From: Paraspadella gotoi | Lineage: Eukaryota > Animalia > Chaetognatha | Direction: 5' to 3' | NCBI GenBank assembly: GCA_051294375.1 | Contig: CM119266.1 | Span: 935,554 to 999,553, forward strand | Length of the DNA stretch: 64,000 nt | Shown: piece by piece, positions 13,131 to 24,850 of the stretch | How the letters are laid out: the number at the start of each line of letters is the position of its first letter | Numbering within the stretch: position 1 is the stretch's first letter | Program-made: the position numbers and the translations under genes | The notes under the pieces: model-generated | The model's input: only the letters and a program-made list of their open reading frames with translations | Databases searched by the model: none | Told to the model about the DNA's origin: nothing

Positions 13131-14045
13131 TTTTGTTGACTAAAAAGGAAAGTTTTTTTTTTAGATTTCATGATTAACTTATCAATTTCCTTTAAAAACA
13201 AGAACTACCTATAAGTATTTCGTAGTCAATACGTCATTAAATAGTTAAAATGATATTACTCTCGAATCGGTTAAAATTAAGCAAAGATAATTGACATAAA
13301 TTTCTCTTAAAGTCGAAACCTAAGGAGGAAACGAAAGTCATTTGATTAATTTATAACTTTTCTTAAAAACTTTTTTAAAAAACCGTTTTTTCTAATCGAG
13401 TGCACGGGTGCCTCACAACCACTTTCTTATATACCATTCCTTGTAGCCGGCGGGCCCGACCGAGCGAACGGCATCATCCCGATGATGCCACGCGGGTTCT
13501 CGGACCTGAAAACGTCCTTGGCAATCCCTTTCAAAAATCTGAAATCTTGATAAGCGTTTTATTTTAACTTAAGTCGATTATATCTTAAGTATTTACTATA
13601 TTGTATAGATAGAGCTAGATAGAGATAGTATATATATATACTATATACTATATAATATACTCATCTAAAGCTTAATTCACGGGGTTTTCTTTTTGAGAAC
13701 ATTTTTTTTCATTAAAAAATATTATTTATAAGTTAGGACTATTTAACTCTTTTACAATAACTATTTTCAAAAACTAAAAATACGAAAATAATTCTAAATC
13801 GAAAAAAAATATCAGAGTATTAGTTTTGGTTTTCTTTTTCTTTTCTTCTTCTAACTCATCCAAGACAAGGTGATGGTCGTTTTAAAATTGATAAAATTAA
13901 TTCGTCAATTTCGATCAAGGGTTGGAATTCGGAGATGATAGGAAAATGGATTTTAATGAGCGAGGAAGACTTAGCCTTAGGCTACTCTGATCGGATTAAG
14001 GGGGAGGCAGAATCAAAAAATCAAACAGAAAAAGAAAGATCAGTC

Positions 14046-14281
14046 AGGTTGCCTGTGATGCCCATTGGGATGGGGCATCTGACTGTTGGCTTTGGGGGCT
14101 TCTGACCGTCAGTGACGCCACCAGTCACTGGCGCGTTTACCCTAGGACTGTCGCGCTTTGCCAACGCAGAGGGAAGTCGTTAGGACTGTGGAACACAACG
14201 CTGGGGATAGTATGTTCCCCCTCTGAGCCAAGGGGATTGGATGAACGATGGTGGATGTGAGGTGGTGTGAAAATACCGCCT
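14046..14281 (-). mobile_element. Degenerate solo LTR, same family as 17840-18094
   Basis: Colinear match to 17853-18091 (ggttgcctgt.atgcccattggg...ataccgcc); termini eroded. Confidence 0.85.
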
Positions 14282-14344
14282 CAAAGGTTTTTTTTAGAAA
14301 GCGTCTCCTTGACTTTGCAGCAAGATCAAGAACGCGAAGAGAGA

Positions 14345-14380
<36 letters not shown>

Positions 14381-14382
14381 AG

Positions 14383-14480
<98 letters not shown>

Positions 14481-14831
14481 CCGACATAATTACTTTTTCG
14501 GCTCCGCTCAAGATTCCCTCTATTGTTTTTTCGTATTTTCTCTCTCTTCGCGTGACACTAAAATTAATTATTAATTAATTAAATGAGCTCAATTCGAAAG
14601 TCTGGCGACGTTTGTTACTGCGGAGATTTGAAGTGACTTTTTTACTCTATTTTAATAATTGTACTGTTTTAATCTATATGTTAAAAGCCGGATAACTAAA
14701 CTTTTGTTCTTAGGTAAAAAAAAATTAAGAAAACTAAAATTACTAAAAATGGTTCAATTTATTAATGTTTTCATTTTGATGGGAGTTTTAAAAAAAGTTA
14801 ATTTCCAAATCAATTAAATTTCCACTGATCC

Positions 14832-17800
14832 TCAGAAAGTGTACTCTCGATCGTTAATCTTGACAACGACCCCGAGTCGCCGCAACCTCTTCTGCAGCAA
14901 GTTTGCTTTGTCCTCCTCCCGCGCGCTCATCTCCTCCAACATTTCCTCCGCGGCATCATAGGCCGCGTTGAGGGTTTTGTAGTAATACCTGAAATTATTA
15001 TATGTATATTATAATTTATATATATATTCATTATTCAATCATAAACTTTGAATAACGTGAGGGTGAGAAGTAACGAGGAGGGAAAAATTACGAGTCCCGC
15101 TTTCTTTTTTCTTTTTTTCTTTTTGTCATATTTTTTCCGTATTCAGGGATTGATTTAATTATTCATTTAATTATCCATTCCGTTGATGATAGTTATTTAA
15201 ATAATCTTAAATATAGCTTGCAGGGACCTGCTATGTCATTATCTTGTAAGAGTGATGGAGGCCTTAAGCCACCAAAGCCTGTCCAAAGTCAGGGGCAAGA
15301 TACCTTGTTTATTAAATGAATGGATAGTTTTTATATTGGTTGTACCAATTTCATATTACTTTCTTTCTTTCTATCTATCTTTTTTAATTTTTCATTTTTG
15401 TCCATATTCATATTATTTCTTTTTTATTTTTCCTTCCTCTATTGTGTCTCTTTCTTTATTATTTATCTTTTTATTCTTTATCTCTGTCTCTCTTTTTTCT
15501 TTCTCTCTCTCTCACCCCCCCCCACTCTCCCTCTCCTTCTCACCACAAAAGTCCCAAGAGGACAACGACGACAATGCCGGTCAATCTCGCAAAGACAACC
15601 GAGTAGATGCTGCTCGGCCAACTCCTGTCGAAAAATCACATTTTCCGTTATTGAACGAAAATCGTGTGATTGTGATTCCGAAAATTATTCACCCTAGTGA
15701 GTCTACGAAGTTATGAATCGTGTCGGACATTCGGTAATCGTCGTTGGCGTACACGCGGAAAGGGCCGCAATCTTTGGACGGACGAATCTGGCGTCAGGGG
15801 AAGGCATCAGTGGGTGGCAACAATTAACTTTTTTTTCTATTTTTCGTTGAAAAAGTTACGGTAGATTTGATTTGTTTTCATATTTATTTTCGTAGCTATT
15901 TATTCAAGCCTTCAACACAGACGTAACGGTTGCACTCATTTTTCATTTAACATTCCAGATCATATTCATTCCAATTGCTTACCTGGAATAATGTAAACAA
16001 AACAGGACAGGCGGAGACGAAGAAAGAAAGAAGCAGGAGATCTTGAAAAAATGCTTGCATTCTGTGAAAGCAGAGAAGGCACACATTTAAGGCTAAGTCT
16101 ACGATGGTAATTTTCTCACAAAGGATGAACTAATTTTTAAAAATATTCGTAACTTAGTTATATACTTATTATATTACTATGCCTCAGTGGCCCGCCTCCA
16201 AAACAGTCAGCTATCAGCTCAGTTACCTGTCGGCCCTGTACATCTTCTGCGTCGGCTGAAACACCCGCCACTGGATCAGAGATCTCTTGACGTAAAAGGT
16301 CAGAAAGAGTTTGACGCAAGTCACCAGCGGAATCGGGGGACAGAAAAACATCCCCATCCAGCAGAGAACCTGTTTAAAGATTAAGAGGTTCGGGTGAGGG
16401 TTTGGGTGAGGGGCCTTTACTGAGGGCTTTGGTTAGGGATAAGGTTAAGAATTATGGTTAGCCTTTTGGGTTAAGGGTTAGGCGGTGAGGGTTAGAGACT
16501 AGAGATCAGGTTATATCAAGTTATATATAGGGTTAAATATTTAGATTAGAATTAGTGATTGTGTAACAGATGAGGATTAAATATGAATTGGGACGCTTTT
16601 GGAAAAGAATTGTCTGAATGAACGCTACCAGATCACTCCTTACCTGACCGTACATTAAGTCAAGTACGTGGTGAGGGATGTCGAAGCAAGGGGTGAGGAA
16701 TTTGAGTCTTTCGCTACATCGTGACATCCAAAACTTTAAAACCTGGAAAAAAAAAATGGAACGAAAGAATTGGAGACAACGGTAATGTTGAGCATTCATC
16801 CTGAATGCAGACACCGATGAGCATTCATTACCTGAATGCAAGCCCCGATGAGCATGGCGGCAAAATCGATGAGCACCATCTTGTAGAATTGACTGCCGAT
16901 GATTTGTTCCCAACAAGCCATCGGTTTGCACTCAACCGCTCCCTTCGGAAAACATTATAAATGAAGTAATTTTTTTTGTAAGAGATGATTAATAATCATT
17001 TATTATTTAATTTGATCCTAAATGAGATTGAATTTCTAAATCTCATTTACTTTCACTACTACTACTTATTTTATTTGTTTACTTATTTTTTAAAATAAAT
17101 TATATTCTGATCTCAACCATTTGATCAAAAACTTTTTTTGACAGAAAGAATGTATGATTAATGAAGTAATTTGAGAGTAATTAGAGTGAATCGCAATTTG
17201 TTTCTATTGTTCTATTTATTAGTTTTATAACGACAATAAATAAATTTGGCTGTTTTAAACTCACTCCGTCGGAGAGCTCTAAATAAGAAATAAAAGAGAC
17301 AGTTCATATCAATAATACAAATTCGACGGTTCGACTGACCGACCGATGAATTCAAGCGACGCTACCTTTGACATTTCCGCACCAATCTCGCGGACAATTG
17401 ATCAGGTTGAAGTAGTAGGAAAGCATGAGAAAGAGGAGGGAGATCAAGCGAAGAAAGACGCGTCGATACAGGGTGATCTGAGGGAATTGGAATGAAAGAA
17501 ATACATCGGGACGGTATTGGGTGATCTATAGGGAATAGGGTGAATCATCACGATCGTCCTATTCGTCTTCGTTGGCAACATTGTCTGCATTTACCGCCAT
17601 TTATGAAATTGGTACGAATATAAACATTTTCTTCATTCAATAAATATATCTTGCCCTTGACTTTGGACCGGATTTAAAAATACATCGTCATCGACGGTAT
17701 TTTGATCATCGTCATCCTCATCTTTACCGGCATCCATTTTCTGCTTTCTCAACATTTTCGTTATCAGTCATCACCATTCGACGTCATTTTTTCATTAATA

Positions 17801-18586
17801 ATGATGACATTGTGAACATTATGAATATAATGATGACATTATGGCAAAAGCCGGGTTGCCTGTCATGCCCATTGGGTTGGGGAATCTCACTGTTGGCTTT
17901 GGGGGCTTCCAACCCTCAGTGACGCCTCCAGTCACTGGCGCGGTTACCCTAGGACGGTCTCGCTTTGCCAACGCAGAGGGAAGTCGCTAGGACTGAGGAG
18001 GGAACACTACGTCTGGGATGGTGTGTTCCCCCTTTAAGCCAATGGATTTGGCTGAACGATGGTGGACGTGAGGCGGTGTGAATATACCGCCACAACATTA
18101 TGAACTTCATCTTCAATTCAAAATCAGCATTACTTTTCCTAGACAAGCAGTTTGCCCCCACCGCCCAGCTATCTTTTCCAAAAGTATCCTTTTTCTAACT
18201 TTTACTCTAACAATTAATAATTAAAATTAATATTAATCTATTACGCAAACCCGTATTATAATCCCTGAACGCTGATTCGCCTCACCTTTAAACCCAGTCA
18301 CTATCCCTCTTTCCTAACCCAATCTTTAAAAATAAAAGCTAATAAAATTCCGAATTCAAGACGAAATGGGGCGTTTTGGAAAAATAATCCCCTGCCCGAC
18401 CTGTATCTCCCTCTCCAACGTGTACTCCTCAAATCGGACGAGGAAATCGAAGAAGAAAGGGACGATGACGTTGATGAGCGTCACGGCGACGGCGGGGAGA
18501 TAGTCGACGAGCATCTTGGCCAGACGCTTCGCCTCCGCCAAGTCGTCGAGAAGGGTCGCCTTGGTGGGGAGAGGGTGGGGAAGTGG

Positions 18587-18634
<48 letters not shown>

Positions 18635-19754
18635 TTTGGTTTGAAATATTAAATAAGATTTAGTTAATCAATCTTATTTGCATATTACAGCCTTTGAGAT
18701 AACTTGGAATAATTTCAATGTTCATCTATGTTTGCATACTATAATTAAATTAGCATTTTCAACTCAATCTTATTTCATATGACGAGTTCAACGATCGGTT
18801 GGTCCTGAGATTTGTCATCAGATGGATGAATTCAGGAAACTCAAACATCACTCCCAAATTTTACAGATAACACCTGTTTAAAGCAACTCACTACTACACT
18901 TACCAGAGATAATGCAATTCACAATTCGTCCTCACACTCAACCTGCATGACTTTGTCTCTTGCGTAGGTGGACGTTTCAGTGACCAGGTTGATGAGGAAG
19001 AAGCTGCCGACGACAACGCCCACGGAAGTGAGGTTGATGGCCAAGCGTTTCGTCCACACGAGTCCCCACTTACACCGAGTTCGCGACTTAATTTCGCGGC
19101 GCTCTTGATCGAGGCGGAGCTCGGTGAGGAGGCGGCGTCGAACGTCCGCCATCTTGGGGAAATATTACACCATTAGAGTTCAAAAAAGAAAAATACTGAG
19201 CAATTTTAACGGCTTGGAATTAACTTTAAATCACGGAAATGAAGCCGAGGACTTGGTGGTTTATTCCAAACAATAAACATGAGATTCATGAATTTCGGAG
19301 GCCTACTGTTTCTTTTAGACATGCCTTGATAAATTTTTTAGCGCTTTTCATACGAAAATTTAAAAAAAGGACCAAAATTTAGAAAAACTAAAAGGAATTG
19401 TACCTTCAAAATTCCTGTTCTTCTTTCCTGGATGCAGAAATCCCACCCGTTGAAAATCTGCAATGTGTACTTCTTGTATTTTACCCGAGAAGTTTTGCTG
19501 ACAATGAAAAAAAAATTTTCATTCAAATTTGTTTCGGCGCACATCTTGTTTGTGACAGAACCATTCAATATAAGCAGTCCCTGAGCTTCGGATCAGGTTG
19601 TAACACCGTGTTACAGGCGGGTTAAGCGCCCCGTCCCTCTTAACTGCTAGCGACCACCGGGATAAAACCCCGGACCTTTGGGTTGGGAGGCGAATGACTT
19701 ACCTCCGGCACCAATGGCCGCTGAACCATAGAAACTACTATCTTTTTCTTTCTT

Positions 19755-19828
<74 letters not shown>

Positions 19829-21097
19829 CATAATTCTACTATTCTAGTACAATTTCACTTTCTAGTCAAAGATGTGGCATCAACAACCATAACAAGGTAA
19901 CCAGAATAACAACAACGACAACTCCTACGACAACAACAACAACTCCCAACCTCCGCCGGAAATTGCTCCCCGAATCGTAGACGATGACGACGAGAGAGAC
20001 GACGAGGACGACGACGTTGGAGAGGACGACGATGACCCCGAAGTCCCAGTGGGCCGAGGAGGCGAGAGAGACCGTGGTCGACCCGTTGAAGAGCGTGGTC
20101 GGTGTGGTGGGTGTGGAGAAATTGTGGAAGAAGGAGATGAAGATCGGGTATTGGGTCAACCACCCGGATCCGTCCAGCAGGTCGAGGATGTAGTCCTGTG
20201 TATGGATGGTATTATTGTTATTATGTACTGACCTTTAAAACGAGTGGATTAATTTATTTTCTACGTTTGTACATAAGTGTCTGCTTTGTAAATCGCAAAA
20301 TGGAAAAAAACCCTATTGTACTGCCGATAAGTATTTGTTTATTAATATATATATGTGTGTCAGTGTATAACGTATACTTACCTTAAATGTGAACCTGGTC
20401 CAAATGGCCTCTTTGTAAATGAGCGAACACTCGGCCGCCTGCACAACAGAATCCCTCGATTCCTGGCATCCGATTATCGATGCACTTTTGTTCAAATTCG
20501 CTGAAACCAGAGAAGCGAAGAGTTCGTCCCCCAAGCGGACGTCGTCGGTTTTAAGTCGACTGGTGAAATGAAACAAAAGGGAAAGGCTAATGGGATGAAA
20601 GGGGAAATACAGAAAAATACAGGAAGGAGGAGAAAAACAAGAAAAAAATCTTATAATGAAAAAACTTAAGTTTAAGGAAGGTAAAAAATCCTTTTTGGCA
20701 TCACGCATAAAACGGGGTAAAACCGAAAAAGAATAGTTTTATCGTTTACCGAGTTGGAATTCGCGAATTAAGTTATCTTTTCTTCGTTTTATTAATTTTC
20801 CCTGAACAAATTTTTTGTTCGCATACGGCGAATTCAAGAGGATGAAAAGACCTTTCAACTCGTTACTGAAATTCATGGATATGTCTCACGGTATGGCCCG
20901 CACGAAATGAGAACAGTCTTCTTTAAAGAATTCTTGACAGAATTTAACTGATTTTACTTTTCTTTTTTGATTTATCTGTCTTTTTACCATAAATTTTAGA
21001 TTCTCCGAATATTCTGATGACTCTGGTTTGACCGCGCCAACTATACCTGCAAAGATTGCTAACTCTTGTGGCAGCATCAACACGCGACCTCTCTCTT

Positions 21098-21137
<40 letters not shown>

Positions 21138-23966
21138 TTTCACCCTACTCATCTGCTTCATCCTCCTCTTATTCTTTCTTTCTTACCATAGCAATGACTT
21201 GAATTTTGAATGAAAGGTTTAAAGAAATAAACCATTCTCGATATTTTGTATAGATTATTTAATAAAAGCCTTAGTAATTAGTAATTAATTCTTTTAAATC
21301 CTAAAAAAAAAATCTGAAATTTAAAAAAACGGTAAAGAAGATTTCGAAATCTTTTTGTTTACTCGATTGCGAAAAGATTTACCCCGTTTTATGCGTGATG
21401 TATTAGTAATCATTAAATTCTGTTTAACTAATGCTCGAATTAAATATTAAATAATAATCTGGTCGTCCATTCATCCATCCATAAACCCATTGGGGGATTT
21501 CAACCATCCTCTACGTATCCGTCCATCCGTCCGTCCATCCATCCATCCATCCATCCATCTGTCCATCCATTCATCCATGCATCCATCCAAACCTGATTCG
21601 ATCCCTGTCCTCAACGACCAAGTAGGTCGTCCTGTTGCACCGCGTCACTTCCACCACTCGCGTCAAATTTACGCCAACTGTGGCGCTAATGTCGACGTCG
21701 GCATCGAGGCTTAATTCCGCCAGACGCGTCTTCCCGAAGAGAGTGCTTCTTTCGTCCGGTGCGGTTTGCAGGCCTGAAGAAGGGAGAAGAGAGGAGAAGG
21801 GGAGGGGATGGGAGGAAAAAAGAGAAGAGAAGAGAAGAGAAGAGAAGAGAAGAGAAGAGAAGAGAAGAGGGTGAGAAGAGGAAAAAAGAGAAGAGAAGAG
21901 AAGGGAGAAGAAGAGGATGAGAAGAGAATAGAATAGAATGGAAGAGAAGAGGATGAGAAGAGAAAAGAAGAGAATAGAAAAGAAGAGAAGAGAAGAGAAG
22001 AGAAGAGAAGAGGGTGAGAAGAGGAAAGAAGAGAAGAGAATAGAAGGGAGAAGAAGAGGATGAGAAGAGAATAGAATAGAATAGAAGAGAAGAGAAGAGA
22101 AGAGAAGAGAAGAGAAGAGAAGAGAAGAGAAGAGAAGAGAAGAGAGGAGGATGAGAAGAGAATATAAGAAAAGAAAAGAAAAGAAAAGAAGGAAATTAAA
22201 TCAAGCAAAAGGACGGATTGTTTATTTTCCCCTTTTTTTCCAATTGAATTGAATCCTTCCCGCGACGAGAAGGATTGAGGTTAACAGCGTGAATAATTAA
22301 TTAACTAATTAATTAACTAATTCACTTTTAAAAGCTTTCTTTATCTCGTTTTCCGCTTTCGCGTTTTTTATCTTTGACAATATCGACACGTTCCACGACA
22401 AATGGAGAGAAGTCTTTCACTACGACAACAAAATGAAAAAAACAAGTTTGAGCAAACAATGTCGGATCTGCCCACGATCATTATTGGTAATTAATTAATT
22501 AATAATTAAATAATTCATGTTAATTAATTAATTAATTAGGCAATTAATTAATTAATTTGATCCAAATGTTTGTTTTTAGGTCTTTTCGTCACTAACCATG
22601 ACAAAAGCAATGACGACGATGAGAATAATGCCGATAACGATTGACTTAATTTGATTGACTGATTAATTAATTATTGATTAATTTATTGACTAATTGATTA
22701 ATTTACTGATTAATTATTTGATTAATTAATACATCTTGCAATTATATTTAATATAAAAAGAAAAAGAATCATAACTTCATATCCAGCTGAATCACACACT
22801 TCCCTACCCATACACAAAATTTAATTCAATCCACCCATCAAATCACAAGTAATTAGTGTTTTTTGTTAAGGTGAGACGGATGGATGGACAGACAGACCAG
22901 ACAGACAGACAGACAGACAGACAGACGGACGGACAACTTTTTTTTGCATAATTTACCATAATTCGATGTTCTGACATGAGATAAGTTAATGCCCGACAAG
23001 ATGGAGGGGGCGGACCGACGAACCGACAAAGTGAATTATAGAGTCGGGATCTGCTGAAAATCAGATCCGACTAAAAATACAACATAAATTCCGGGATGGA
23101 AAATGGCGGTTATAAAAAATTAAATTAATCGGATTCAGAATATTTAAATATTCCGTTAGACTTCATTTCTTATATACCATACATATCATATTTTTAGCTA
23201 TACTTTGGGCACTCAACCTTATCACTAAATTAGATTAGCCAGATTAAAGTTAAAAAGGACTGCAGTGCAGTGGTAACTGTCATTATAAGTACAAACGACG
23301 GCGACGACGATCATAGAGACGATCACAGAGACGATCGCAGAGACAATCACAGAGACGATCACGGAGACGATCACAGAGACGATCACAGAGACGATCACGG
23401 AGACGATCACATCTCTCACCGTAAACGTGATAATTGACGACGAAAGGAATGAAGATGGCGCCGAGCATCACGGCCGAAATGAAAAGGTTCAAATCCAGGA
23501 TCCAACGCAGAAACCTGAAGATTGTCAAAGGATTAGATTAGATTAAATTAGATTAGATTAAATTAGATTAGATTAAATTAGGTTAATTTAGATTAGATTA
23601 CCCGATAAACACAGATTATAAAAAGTCGAGTAACAACTTACTTAAAAAACGCCGCAGTCCCTGACCCGTGAGCGCCTTCGATGTTCCTCAACGTCTTCGT
23701 CCAGAGTCTGAAGCCTCCGAAGGCGTCCTTCAAACCCTTCGTCGATCCGAGCGCCGCCAAGTATTTCGTCGACTTGTCCTCCCTGGGCTGCTCGCTCTCG
23801 AAAATCTTTTTGCTGAAGATCTTGAGAATGCGAAACGATTAATTAATTTTATTAATAAAAAGTATGAAGTAATCAGCGTAAATAGTGGCCTCTCCCCAAC
23901 CTTAGCGCAATCGTCCAAATTAAATTGCTCCCTATATCGCATTTCCTTTCGACTTTTCGTGACTCT

Positions 23967-24046
<80 letters not shown>

Positions 24047-24811
24047 GGCTCTGTTGCCTGGAGACCATCCGTCGAAATCGTCTCGACATTCGCGAAGGTT
24101 GACGTTCGAAGTTTCGCGAATCGTAGTCGTTGTTGTCGTTGTTGTTGTCGTCATCCTCGTCTTCTTCTATAACGACAATCTCGTCGTCGAACGTCGTTCC
24201 GCGACGCCGCTGTCTCAGGGCAGCGCTGCTGCTCCTGCTGCTGCTGCCGCCGCTGGACGACGAAGACTTGGACACGGAGGACACCGACGGCGTCGTCCAC
24301 GCCATCTGATGTCGACCCCGTGGGGAATCGTTGGGTGGTCGTTGTTGTTGTTGTCGGCGATGTTGTTGTGGTAACGGAGGTTGTCGTTGATCTCGGGGCT
24401 GATAGATTGAATTATTGATTGATTGATGTATTAATTGATGTATTGATTGATTTATTTATTGATTGATTGATTGATTCATCTCACCAGACTCCCCCAAGAA
24501 AAAACTCTCATCTCCATCTCCTCTTTCTCTTTTCTCATTTGATTGGTTGATTGATTGATTGATTGATTGATTCATCTCACCAGACTCCCCGACCAAAAAA
24601 CGCTCATCTCCATCTCCTCTTTCTCTCTTTTCATTTGATTGGTTGATTGATTCATTGATTGATTGATTGATCTCACCAGACTCCCCGACCAAAAAACGCT
24701 CATCTCCATCTCCTCTTTCTCATTTGATTGGTTGATTGATTGATTGATTCATCTTACCAGACTCCCCGACAAAAAAACTTTCATCTTTATCTCCTCTTTC
24801 TCTCTTCTCAT

Positions 24812-24850
<39 letters not shown>

